A stretch of 64,000 bases of DNA from Seison nebaliae (taxonomy: Eukaryota), in NCBI GenBank assembly GCA_023231475.1, contig JALJEE010002231.1, forward strand, positions 1 to 64,000, in the 5' to 3' direction. Under the pieces are notes generated by a model that had not been told where the DNA came from, ran no database searches, and worked only from the letters and a program-made list of their open reading frames with translations. How positions within the stretch are numbered: position 1 is the stretch's first letter; each line of letters begins with the position of its first letter. This document shows, one piece after another, positions 49,958 to 62,051 of the stretch. The position numbers and the translations under genes are program-made.

Positions 49958-51481
49958 ATGGAGAATTTCGAGACACCACGTAGCAGAGAGTTACAGTTCT
50001 CCGACATACGCCACAAGTCGTATGATCAAGAATATTTTGACATCAACTTAATGCAAACAGTCGATTATAAGAGACAGATGCAATTGGAGCGTCTACTGCA
50101 GCGAACGAGAGTGTATCTATTGCAACTCATATCAACAGCTGAGCAGATGAAGATAGATTATGGGGAAACTGTTGAGGAGGATACTTATGATTCATTAAAA
50201 GATCGTTATGAACTACTCAAATCGACTTATTTCGATAGTTTGTCCAAAATTGTGCAGGGTGGTCAAACACGTTATCCCTCATTACTTTACGAACATATCC
50301 AAACTCTCGTTTCCAATGATGAGTTGAAACGAGATATCAATATTCTTGAACGAACAGCAACGCCCAGACCAGGATGGAATCGTGTTGCTCCAATTCTCGG
50401 TTACTCTCCCGAAGAATGGAATCGGGAGAGTAATGGAAAGACATCGGAACAATTGAGACGTTTAGTCATGAACAGATATAGTGGTGGTGAATTCGATTTC
50501 TTTGACGGCGATCCCTCCCAATTACAACAAGAACAATCAGTCATTAAGGCTTTGGGAACGGATTCGGATATATTGCCTTGCTTGAGAACGGAAGGTCAAT
50601 TCGTTCATCGTCATTTGAGTAAGGCGCAATTGATTCGCTACATTCACAGTATTATGAAAGCGAAAAAGCGATATAATCTCGCTCATTGGTCTGCACTCAC
50701 CGGCAGTTATGTACAACCGGCAGCTCTTAAAATATTCATTTTCGATCATTTCCTTCACATGTTCGGCAAAGAACAAGTTGCATTTGAAATCTGCTACAAC
50801 ATTTGGGAGGCGACAAATCGATATTTTCAAACACCGGTCGTCGATCTCTTTCGGAAGATGTTAGTGACGGATTTCGACGAAGAAATCTATTTTCGTCCAC
50901 GTGACGATCTGGCTCAATTACTCTATTTTCTCAACGAAGAAACTGGAAAAGACAAACGGATAAAAGATCAAGTGAAAATTTATGATTTCTATTCCGCCCT
51001 CTACACCATGTATCCGACACGTGAACCAGCCAAATTGGTCGCTTTATGTAAGGCCGCATTAATTGTAAGTGATCGTCATTTGAGACATCCTCAACAGGAC
51101 ATTGTTTACGTACCGGCATTGTTGGTGGACACAGCAGAGTTGGATTCAAATCGATTTTTGAAACGTTTCCGCGATGATCTTTATGAGGAACGTGAAATGA
51201 TGGTGAATTATCTGATACATCAATTGTCATACGGATTTGAATTACGATGGGCAATTGTGAGTCAGACACTTGTCCAAATCGATCCTTACATCAGTACTCT
51301 TCAGTTGAATCGACTGCTCTGTAACATATTTCAGGTGAAGCAACCAAATGCGAAAGCTCGAGTATCACGAAGTGATTTCATAACTCGCATCCAATCATTA
51401 GCTCTATTTCGACATCATAAAGACAATGCGAAAACAGCAAGACAAAATGATGGTAGTACTTTAGGTGATTCGCGTGCATAG
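49958..51481 (+). CDS. TSNAXIP1: Translin-associated factor X-interacting protein 1-like (start uncertain)
   Basis: ATPRPGW, LGTDSDILPCLRTEG, HRHLSK and FIFDHFLHMFG..AFEICYNI resemble TSNAXIP1 family motifs as I recall them. Long single ORF; upstream exons are possible. Confidence 0.6.
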   Translation: MENFETPRSRELQFSDIRHKSYDQEYFDINLMQTVDYKRQMQLERLLQRTRVYLLQLISTAEQMKIDYGETVEEDTYDSLKDRYELLKSTYFDSLSKIVQGGQTRYPSLLYEHIQTLVSNDELKRDINILERTATPRPGWNRVAPILGYSPEEWNRESNGKTSEQLRRLVMNRYSGGEFDFFDGDPSQLQQEQSVIKALGTDSDILPCLRTEGQFVHRHLSKAQLIRYIHSIMKAKKRYNLAHWSALTGSYVQPAALKIFIFDHFLHMFGKEQVAFEICYNIWEATNRYFQTPVVDLFRKMLVTDFDEEIYFRPRDDLAQLLYFLNEETGKDKRIKDQVKIYDFYSALYTMYPTREPAKLVALCKAALIVSDRHLRHPQQDIVYVPALLVDTAELDSNRFLKRFRDDLYEEREMMVNYLIHQLSYGFELRWAIVSQTLVQIDPYISTLQLNRLLCNIFQVKQPNAKARVSRSDFITRIQSLALFRHHKDNAKTARQNDGSTLGDSRA

Positions 51482-52594
51482 GCAAGTAAATAAAGATTTT
51501 GATCCGTTACTAATGATCGTCTGATTGATGTCAATTTTCTATTATCTTCCCATCTTTCATTCCATCTTCTTTCTCCTCCTCATTTCTTTTCTGTCATGAA
51601 GAACACTTGAATATGTCTGTCTGAATGACATTCTCTTAATATCTTTCCTCCCTCCACACTCACTTTGATAATAGCTCAATCAAATAAGCAAAATAGATAA
51701 TCAGAAACAAGTAGGAGAATTGATAGAAGAAGATGGAGTGGAAATATTAGTCGAATAATATATCAGATGTATAAAAGAAGGAAAGGAGAAAGATCTCTCT
51801 AGAATAATTAGGAAGATAATCTCGACAATTTCTTTCGTTTATTTTCAACAACACATCGTTCTCATCAATTTCTATTTTCATTTCCATCCAACAACCAACT
51901 CTTTATTGATCGATTGTTGTTGATTTTAAAATCGTCATCTTTCAATCACTAGAGGGCATTCTCGATTACAACTCACTTCATTTAAATATTATGACACTTC
52001 ATACTCCGTTTCCGTTTAAGCCATAGTAAAATTTTAATCATTTCATGTTAACGGATTTGTTTTTATTCCATTTCGATACCTGTTCTCTCACATACAAATG
52101 TAGATATGAGAGAGTGTCGACATTTGACGGATATAAAAGGAAAGATAGTTTCATACTTTTTAAGACTATTCATTAGTCTCACGAATTCCCATCACTCTGC
52201 TAAATCAAGTGAAAAGGCGATTTATTCTCAAAAAAAGATTGAGTATTTCTCTAAAGAAAATTTCCTGATTCTCGTTTTTATAGCCAATGGGTGAGATAAC
52301 TGTTCGTGTGGAACTTATCTGTTTCCTTTTCTTTCTTTCTTTTCTTTTTTGTTTTGTCGAAAATATTTTATGAAAACAACTTGTTCTCTTAAACGTTCAA
52401 CATTCTCATAATGAACAAGGCGAATTGTTTCCCGTAAATCTAATTGTTGAACGATGTTGACAAACGAATTATCATTAGAAGAAGGACAACACAATACTTA
52501 CTTAAACATTCTCCTTCCTTATCCACATAGATTATCCATTTCTTCATCACCTTCGATTTTCTCAGTTAGGTCGAAATAGTTTCAAATTAATAAG

Positions 52595-54376
52595 ATGTTG
52601 GAAGTGGATTGTCGAGAGAATTTATCGTTGAACGATCAATTTGATGAAGATACGTCACTTGATAAGAATGTTAATGGAAACGATAGTGGTCATGATGACG
52701 AAAAAGATGAATTATCATTCTCAATTAACCGAGTCCTCCAACAACCCATTTCACGAAAACGACGTTTAGAAGATGACCATCAACAATCATCATCATCTTC
52801 CTCATCCTCCTTATTATCAACAAAAACGAACGATCTGGAAATGATTCCGAGTGAATCAATAAAAAATTTCTTTAACAACTTTTTCCATCTCTTCAATCAA
52901 CTTCAACGACAACAGGAGCATGATCAGAATGAAATTGTCGAAACATCAAATCGTAAACGGAATTCTTCGTTTCTTATCGGAAGTCTCACCGAATCCTCTT
53001 CACTTCCCATCAAACAACGTCGAATCACTAATAATCTGATGGATATTTCGATTTCAAGTCATGATAAAATTGAAGATGATGTTACCACGGTAACAACTAC
53101 AACTACTACATCATCATCGTCTGAAGTGAATTCGTCGTATTCGGAACCGTTATTAAATTCGATTGATTCGGATGGAGAGCCTGTACAACTGAAGGTGAAT
53201 CCATGTAACAATGTCGTCACGTTATCGGATGAGAATGAGAATGGAATAAAAGTTCGTTTAGATTCACGTGAGTTGTGGATGCAATTCTCGAAGATTGGAA
53301 CGGAAATGGTCATCACTAAATCGGGAAGGTTTGAATATTCAACTTTCTTATTTATTTAAAATAGAAATTTTTTATCATTTTTAATTATCAGACGAATGTT
53401 CCCGTCATTCAAAGTGAAAGTGAATAATCTTATTCCTGACAAGAAGTATGCTATGTTAATCGATATAGTTCCATCAGATAGTTGTCGATATAAATTCCAT
53501 GGTTCTAAATGGATTGCGACAGGAAAGGCTGATCCAGAAATGTCAAAACGAATGTATATCCATCCCGATTCTCCTGCTACTGGTGCGCATTGGATGTCGA
53601 GATCTGTATCATTTCACAAATTGAAATTGACGAATAATATCAGTGACAAACATGGATTCGTTCGTCTATTTCTCTCATTTCTTCATCTTAATTTCTTCTT
53701 TCCTTTCTTCAAGACAATTCTTAATTCTATGCATAAATATCAACCTCGATTCCATATCGTCCAAACTGACGACTTATCAAAATTGTCATGGATGACGTTG
53801 AATACATTCATCTTTCGCGAAACTGAATTTATTGCCGTGACAGCATATCAGAATGAAAAAGTTCTAATAATTTTAAATTTTTCTTCTGTAATTTTAATTA
53901 ATTAATTCTCAATCTAATTGAATAGATAACCAAATTGAAGATTGATAATAATCCGTTTGCGAAAGGTTTCCGGCACAATGCTTCAGGTAAGCGAGAGAGG
54001 AAGTTAATTAGTTTTTTTTAAATTCAAATGGTCGATGGTGTAACGTTTTCCATTTTGTAGGAGGTTACTTTTGACTAAGAATGAAGAAGATGATACGTCA
54101 AACAATTTCCAATATAAGATGAATGAAATGTCAAATGAAACGAATAATGAGAAGACATTATTCGATTATATGCAATTGGCCTCACTAACGAAGAAATTAC
54201 GTGGACAAAATGAGCCAAATGAGAGTGGAATTCACATGGACACATCTCGTCCCACTTCAAATATTCTGAACAGAACCATCTTGGAGAATACGATGTTGTC
54301 AACGATAACGAATTTCCTTCAAAGGAAAATGGAGAATTCGTTGGCGTCGGAGAAGGTAATGGAGAATGAAGATTAG
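52595..54376 (+). CDS. T-box factor Tbx2/3 (omb-like)
   Basis: eh1-like FSINRVL; T-box [85 protein letters not shown]. Introns 53329-53391, 53660-53713, 53861-53925 and 54003-54060. Confidence 0.94.
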
Positions 54377-54671
54377 AAGAAGATAAATGTTTCATATGAT
54401 TTATTTATTGTTCGGATATGGATAACAATCAGAAAGAGAAATCTATTTAAGTTTTGCTTCATTTTATTAATTTATTTTACTTTTTGGTATGCACATTTTT
54501 AATAATAAAGTTCATTTTAAAACATTTAAATTTTCAAAATTGTATTCACTTGTTCTCACAAAGTTCGATGATTAGAATCCAAACATGTTTTCAACAATAA
54601 GAGATAATGACGATAAGATGATATTCATTACGATTATCGCTTTGGAAGAATGCTTTGATTTGTAGTTGAGT

Positions 54672-55220
54672 TTATTTCAACTCTCCACAATCAGAAATTT
54701 TTACTTTACCTTTCGGTTTTCCTTCAGACGATCCAAATGTTTCTATCAGTTTCACCAATTCTTGACCTTTTGTTACTTCTCCAAATACCACATGTTTCTC
54801 GTCCAGCCAATCGGTAGTGATCGTGGTTATGAAGAATTGAGATCCGTTCGTATTTGGACCGCTGTTTGCCATCGATAGTTGAAACGGTTTCGTATGTTTC
54901 ACATTGAAATTTTCATCAGGGAACTTTGTCCCATAAATACTCTTTCCACCAGTTCCATTATTTTTGGTGAAATCACCACCTTGCAGCATGAATTCGGGAA
55001 TTATTCGGTGAAAGAACGAACCTTTATAGCCATATCCTTTTTCACCAGTGCAAAGTGCTCGGAAATTCTCAGCAGTTTTCGGAACTACTTCGTTGAATAA
55101 GACGAATTCTATTCTTCCTTGACTTTTACCATCGATTTCTATGTCGAAGAAACATCTAAAAACAATGAAATTGTGGAAAGGAGAAATGTTTGAGAATGGT
55201 AACCTTGAACGATCGGACAT
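54672..55220 (-). CDS. Cyclophilin A-type peptidyl-prolyl isomerase
   Basis: MSDRSR|CFFDI (intron 55156-55203), [62 protein letters not shown]-like TATATAAA near 55321-55328. Confidence 0.95.
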   Translation of the reverse strand: MSDRSRLPFSNISPFHNFIVFRCFFDIEIDGKSQGRIEFVLFNEVVPKTAENFRALCTGEKGYGYKGSFFHRIIPEFMLQGGDFTKNNGTGGKSIYGTKFPDENFNVKHTKPFQLSMANSGPNTNGSQFFITTITTDWLDEKHVVFGEVTKGQELVKLIETFGSSEGKPKGKVKISDCGELK

Positions 55221-55672
55221 TTTTCAGAAGAATCTTTGTAAGAATGATGAAGGAGAGGGGAAGTAAATAATAAGTAAAAAAAAAGAAAAATATTATGAAT
55301 GATAATTTCACTTATTGTTCTTTATATAGTACTTGGATATGAGATCGAGATGGAATCGAAGCGCAAAATAAACAATGTATATTTCACCTTGACTTTTCAC
55401 TAATTCTCTTTATGATCATTAACATTATGGATTTCATCAAACGAGACTTATGGATGCATGTGACTGAAAATTAGTTGAGTTCTAATCATTATGGTACTTC
55501 AAAGGATGGATGTTTTATGGTTAGGTGTTAGAGAAGAAGAATAAAATGTAAATATATTAAAACTCATCTAATATAATTACCGGGCAATATAATATATTTT
55601 TGTAAATCACACAGATATAGAGAAAGCAGTTCCATCTAAATTATTTTTTCTAAATTTATTCTTCACGAGCAT

Positions 55673-58601
55673 TTATTGTATTTGGTCGGAAATATCCTTC
55701 CGTTTGACCTCACCAGTCTCATGATCAACAACTTCCAAAATAATCGGAGGCGATTTACTGCCCGAATATTGTGTAGTCATCGGTTGCATCGATGATGTAA
55801 TTATGATCGATCGATTATCATCATTCTCCATATTCGTACTATGACCGGAGTATATTGATGATTGTGCATTGCTCTCTTCGTATTGTCGAACACTCGCCAA
55901 ATATTGATCTTGTTGTTGTTGTTGCCTTTGCTTGCAATTCTCCAAGGTCATCTTTTGCAACTGTATTTGCAGTTCAGCATTTTTCCTTGCCATCTCTTCA
56001 TTGATCTGCTGAGTTTTCTGTAAATATTCGTTGTTCTGTTGGAATTGTTGACGGATGTGATGTTGATCGACGGACGGAGGAACTGGTGAGGGTTGATTTG
56101 GTGGAATGTTCACCGTAATGTGAGGCTGAACAATAATCTGATGTGACGATAAATCCTGAGATGATGATTGAATGAAAAATGTGAAAAAAATTCTTTTTAA
56201 ACTTTATCCGTTTTCTTCTCACTTTCCATCTTTTCACTTCTTTTCGTCATCTCTTCATTCACTACAGTCGTACCAATACTACTGATTGGTGAACTACTAG
56301 AAAATTTGGGTGGCGAATCTCTCTTATTCTTCTCACTATTGTTCCTACTGCTACTACTACTGCTGCTGCTGCTACTACTTGATGAAGATGATTTTTCACG
56401 TATTTTTCTTTCTTCAGGTCCTATTGGGTGAAAATCGTCAAAATCATAACTGGTTTGTTCGGAGACTGCTGTAAATTCTGATTCCGTATGTTCCGAATGA
56501 TATTTCGCATCAGCCGACAATCGGCTAGCCATCTCATTTATTCGTCTCACTTCCAAATCATTCGAGTCAGTTTCAGAAGTATCAATTCGATATTTTTCAC
56601 GATGATGTTTATTCCTGCTTTAAAAATTATAGAAAATATTTAATGAATTTCAAATAAAAATATTCTTTTCTTAAAGAAAATTCAGAAATTTTTTAGAAAA
56701 ATTTCCAATTAAAAATTTAGAGGGATAAAAATCATTTTAAGTCTTTAACATCCCACAGCCTTGAATGACGACTTGACTCTTTGGTTTTCCATCATCCGTA
56801 CCATATTTTTCAATCTCCTTTACAAGATTCATTCCGTTTGTTACTTCACCAAACACTACATGTTTGTCATCCAGCCAATCTGTTTTTACCGTTGTAATGA
56901 AGAACTGAGAGCCGTTTGTATTTGGACCACTATTTGCCATAGATAACTGGAATGGTTTCGTATGTTTTGTCTTAAAATTTTCATCTTCAAATTCTTCACC
57001 ATAAATACTCTTCCCACCCGTCCCGTCATGATGAGTGAAATCACCACCTTGGATCATGAAATCGGGGATGATTCGATGGAAAGTACATCCCTTAAAACCA
57101 AAACCTTTCTCTCCAGTACATAAACAACGGAAATTTTCCGCTGTCTTAGGCACAATGTCATCGTATAACTGAATATAAATAGTTCCAACATTCTTTTGAT
57201 CGATGGCAATATGCAAATAACATCTTTTTTGTACAATTCAATCAATTTTAACAATTTAAAAAAATTTCCATTTTTTAAAAAAATGACTTCAACTAAGGGA
57301 GAATAAGAAATCTAACTGAGTTCTTCGTTTACTATCCTCTTTCACATAACGAGGAGCACCTGGAGGTGGTGCGATATCATTTCCATTTTCATCAACATAA
57401 ACATATTCGGTGAAGACTTCCGGTTGTTTCTGCTGTCCTTCGAATTGATCAGGAGACATCATTTGATTTTGTGGTGGTAATTTTCTTCGATGATCTCTTC
57501 GATCTAAATTTGAAATAAATATTATTTTTATTTTCATCCAAAATTAAAACTTTCCATCATTGGAGGAGCTGTCGGTGGTGGGAAAGGTTGTGGTTCATTT
57601 CTTTGAATATATTCCTGTGGTGGTGGTTGCTGTTGTTGTTGGTGTTGGTGTCGATGATCATAGTGTGCTAATAAATATATTAATTTTATTTGTTTATTAA
57701 AAGGATAAATTATAATAATTGTGAAACCATTCGGCTGATAAATGTCACCTCCATATTGATCAATTGACATTTGTCGTGTAGGTTCGGGTGGTGGCGGTTG
57801 TCGATGTTTTCTATGTCGTCTTTTTTCTTTCATCTGCTGATTATATTCGTCGTAAATTACCGTTGAACCTGGTGGTAGACCATGTAAAGGATTTCTGATT
57901 TCTGGTGGTACTACACCTTGGATTGGTTGGAAATTTTGTGGAGGTGGACTTTTTGGAGGTGCGGGATATATGGATTGTGTAGGTGGTGGCATATTCATCG
58001 GTGGTGGTGATATAGCACGAGGTGGAACTGGTGCAAAATTAGAGGGCGGATTGATTGGTGGTTGGTTCATAGGAGGAGCTGGTGGGAAATGTTGCATTGG
58101 TGGCGGTGAAATGGCTCTGGGTCGTACTGGTTGAAATTGTGCTGTTGGTGGAGGTGAGATTACTCTGTGCATTGGTTGCATAACAGGAGGAGGAGAAATT
58201 ATTCGACCCATTGGAGGTCCCAAATTCGGTAGCGGTTGAATCATTGGTGGTGGCGACATCGTTCGTTGCATTGATGGCTGTTGTGGCATTAATTGAACGG
58301 GCACAGGTGAAATTGGCGGTTGCATGTTCATTACTGGAGATAAAGCTCTGTTGTCGAATGTGGGTGAAACGATTTGTCTTTGTGGTGCCATTTGAGTTAT
58401 GATTGGTGGTTGTTGATAATTTTGCATTTTTTGCATCGGATTATAATAACCCATTTGGTGTTGGGGTGGCTGCGGCGATACCATGTGTTGATGGTACGCA
58501 TTCTGAATCTGACTCTGTTGTAATTGACAATAGGATTGTTGGGAAGAGTTTAGACAAACATTCGAATTCGTTGGAATACAATGTTGTTGATGAGGATGCA
58601 T
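55673..58601 (-). CDS. Multidomain cyclophilin: Pro/Gln-rich N-terminus, PPIase domain, Ser/Gln-rich coiled-coil tail
   Basis: GTT introns 57668-57727, 57504-57550, 57224-57316, 56615-56749 and 56156-56202 join four separately listed ORFs and the PPIase ORF (56737-57216) into one continuous frame. Confidence 0.75.
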
Positions 58602-59331
58602 TATTCATAAAATGAAATAAGGAAAAAAATATAATGTCATAAAATACAAATTATCATGGAGGATATTGTCGATCAATAATCTGACGTCATTCATTTTAAT
58701 TTCAACATCATAATAATTTTGTATATAATCCTTTTTTATTCACTTTTTTCAATTTTTCTTCACATCCAATTATACGACACAAATCGACATCTTTCTAAAA
58801 GATGATTATAAAGTAAAACTCTCCAAATGATCTTTCTCATTATATAATCATTTTACATAATAAATTACTAATTATCCAATTATATTTCAATTGACTATTT
58901 TCTTATTTGTCTTCTCCATCTTCGATTTGTTCCTAAATTTAATTTTTTCTAATCATCTAAATTATAATCATCTATTGAAACTACGATTAAGAAATGTTCA
59001 TATTATGCGAATAATATGAAAAATTCTGTTCTTCTCAATTTAGAATATAAATGTTTTGATAAATGGTTTAATTTCAAGATAAACCGATATGATTTCAACT
59101 GATTAAGAAGTGAAGTCAGAGAAATGAGAAACGATGATGAATGGGAAATGATGTTGGATTAAAATAAGAATGTAAATGGAAATTGATTTGGGCGGTAATT
59201 TAACTTTATAAATAACGAATGATATTTTGAAAATAAAATTAATTAAAAATTTCCTCACCACATTTTAGTTAAGTATTGATTTAGAATCGTTTAGTTTCTT
59301 CAAATTCTAATTTTTGATTAGAGATAACATA

Positions 59332-61641
59332 ATGAAAGGTTTAAATCATCCTCTAACTAAACCATAAGAGTTCCATCCTAGTAACTTCCATTTTCTTAAT
59401 TATCTTCTTCTTAATTGAACGAGATGTGACTATTCCGGCACATATATTTTCTTTGCCTCCCAAGGAATGTTTACCGACAAATCTATATTTCTATTCCGAA
59501 AAATGTAACCACATGTTTAGTAATTGAATATTTAAAATTAATGTTTAATAAATATATCAGACTATTCTTTGACTACAATGATGTGGAACCATTTGGGACC
59601 ATGATTTATTACGAATTATTGCGAGTTTTATTTTTAATAAACCAACCCTTCCATAAAATTGTTAGATGCAGCATGTCAATTGTTTAATTTGGTCGACTAC
59701 ACGCAAGAATGTAAAACGCATACTTTTGAAGCACCGTGTAAGTTACGGACCATCGTTCAAAAGTTCCATCAAACAATTCTTTCTTTCAATAATCATCTTT
59801 TATTTGATCCTTAGAACATTTGAGATTTCAAATTAGGTGGTTTCTCAATCAAGAATTTACAATATTACCTTGTCGAATAGTTGTCCGTATTCCACCAAAT
59901 TATTCTAGTTATCGTTTTGACGAAATTAAGATAATTTCCAATATGACGAATAATAATTGTTAGCATTTAACTCGACTTTACCTATTCTCAATAAGTTGCA
60001 TAAACATCAATCAGCTCATAAAACTAATGATATTAAAGTTAGATACATTACTCTCATTCTTCATTTGATGGCAGTTGAGGACTTCACCATGTATTTCTAT
60101 GTTGTTGTTTGTCTTATATGATTTTGTTTGTAGAGAAGCCGTTAAACTTTGATTTCAAGTGTAACATCAAATTATTTATCATTTCAAAAAATAAAATAAA
60201 ATTTCATATGGTCCTATTCAAATTTTTCCTTTCTATTATTCAGAATGAAACTATTTCAACGGAACTTCAAACTATCCTAACAAATGAAACTACTTCACTT
60301 CAATACATTACAAACTTTGCAAACCGACAACAAACTATTGAATTTTCACAACCAAACGACACAGACGTACCTCATAAAACCACAAATTTACCGAAATACA
60401 TTACTGATTCGCTACCAGAAGACTTAGAACTTAACACTACAAACTTACAGCAGAACGTTACAAATTCATCGTTAGTCTTTACAGACTTAGAATTTAACAC
60501 GTCCGAATTCCAAACAATATTGCCAGTTAGTGTTTCTGCCTTGTAACTTTCTTCCAACCAGAATTGGGTTGAATGGAACAATTCACAAGAAAAATAATAG
60601 ATCGTAAGTAATCTCATAAATTATAATGAGTATTCCTGATTATTTATCTAATCTCATTTTCACATCTTTCAACTCATCTATCTGCTGCCCAAAATTCAAT
60701 TTATTCTCAAATTATTCCTATAATTTTCATGTGATGTCGTTTATAATTTAGGATTCATCAATGAATTGGGCTGAAACAAATTTAACGCTATCAACAAATT
60801 TCTCCAATCAAGAAAATGCGTCTCAGAGAATGTACACGGAAAGGAATTTCATTTTAATCTCTAATATTTCGACAAACAAACTTCATGTTAATTTTCTTTA
60901 AAAATTTTAATTTTGGAAGATCGATTAAGGTCGATGAATTCCATAAACATCTCCTCCAGATCAAGCAGAAAGGTGTTCTTGATTATCGGAATAAGAAGAA
61001 TATTCGTGCTAAAGAAATTGTTTGTATTTCTTCTTCTCACATGCATACTAACTTCCTTTAGCTCAGGAATGCTTTAACTAAAACGTATAACGAAATAATT
61101 GAGGGTGAAGGAGGAATGTTGAATGTTCAAATAAATAAGGAGAAAATTGATGAAGATCGAAAGATAATAGATTATGAATATCTGTTCGAAACAGAAGTCA
61201 CAAATATAAAAAATTTAATGAAAATCGGAACGGATGGAATGCAAGAATTATTATTCCCATCTGAATTAGTGGAAGAAAAAATGACAACTGAATTAATGAA
61301 AGAAATAGACGTTGTTTCTCATAGTTCTAATATTCTTTTCCACATGTCACATAACATTTATGATATTAGCATTATCCACGCCTGAAATACAATTCGCAAA
61401 GAAATTACCGTCGAATATACCAAAAAAATATACTTTCATCGGATTTGTTGCATTATTCCTGCTTGTGATGATTGGAACACTGATACTATACCATATCAGT
61501 TATCATCAAATTTCTGTGTTCATTTCACTTTCAACCATTCTAGTTCGAGAACAAAGAGAAGTTCAGAAAAAAAATAACGAAAAACTTAAACGTGCATGTT
61601 CCTTATCGCAAACATCAATAAAATATGTAAGGAGTATTTGA
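59332..61641 (+). CDS. Orphan multi-exon membrane protein (exon chain only partly resolved)
   Basis: MK|VTSIFLIIFFLI signal-like start via GTT intron 59339-59381, a Thr/Asn-rich exon near 60244-60530, and a C-terminal TM segment YTFIGFVALFLLVMIGTLILY. Confidence 0.45.
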
Positions 61642-62051
61642 AATAAGAAAAGGAATTTATAAATAAAAAATTTTCGTCAATTGCAAATAAAATTATTTTT
61701 TTCTTTTAAATAATTTATTCTTATAATTTCCGATAAGACAAAAAAACTTCCTTTAAAACCATTTACGTCTTCTTTCATATTTGTAAGGTTATTCGGAGAA
61801 TATGATGACCCATTTTCCCAATATTCCGGCAAATTATCAAGACCAAATAAGAAGAAAGTACTTGAAGAATAAAGTGAAAAATTGAGAATTTTTCAGAAAA
61901 TGGAATAATTAAAAAAAACTGGAATGAACACAAATTAAATGATTTCCAAAAAATAGAAACACAAAAATTTTAATTTAAAATACTTTAATTCGACTATTAG
62001 GTATTCGATTTCAAACTAATAAAAATCTTCCGTTTATTTCTGTCCAGATCT

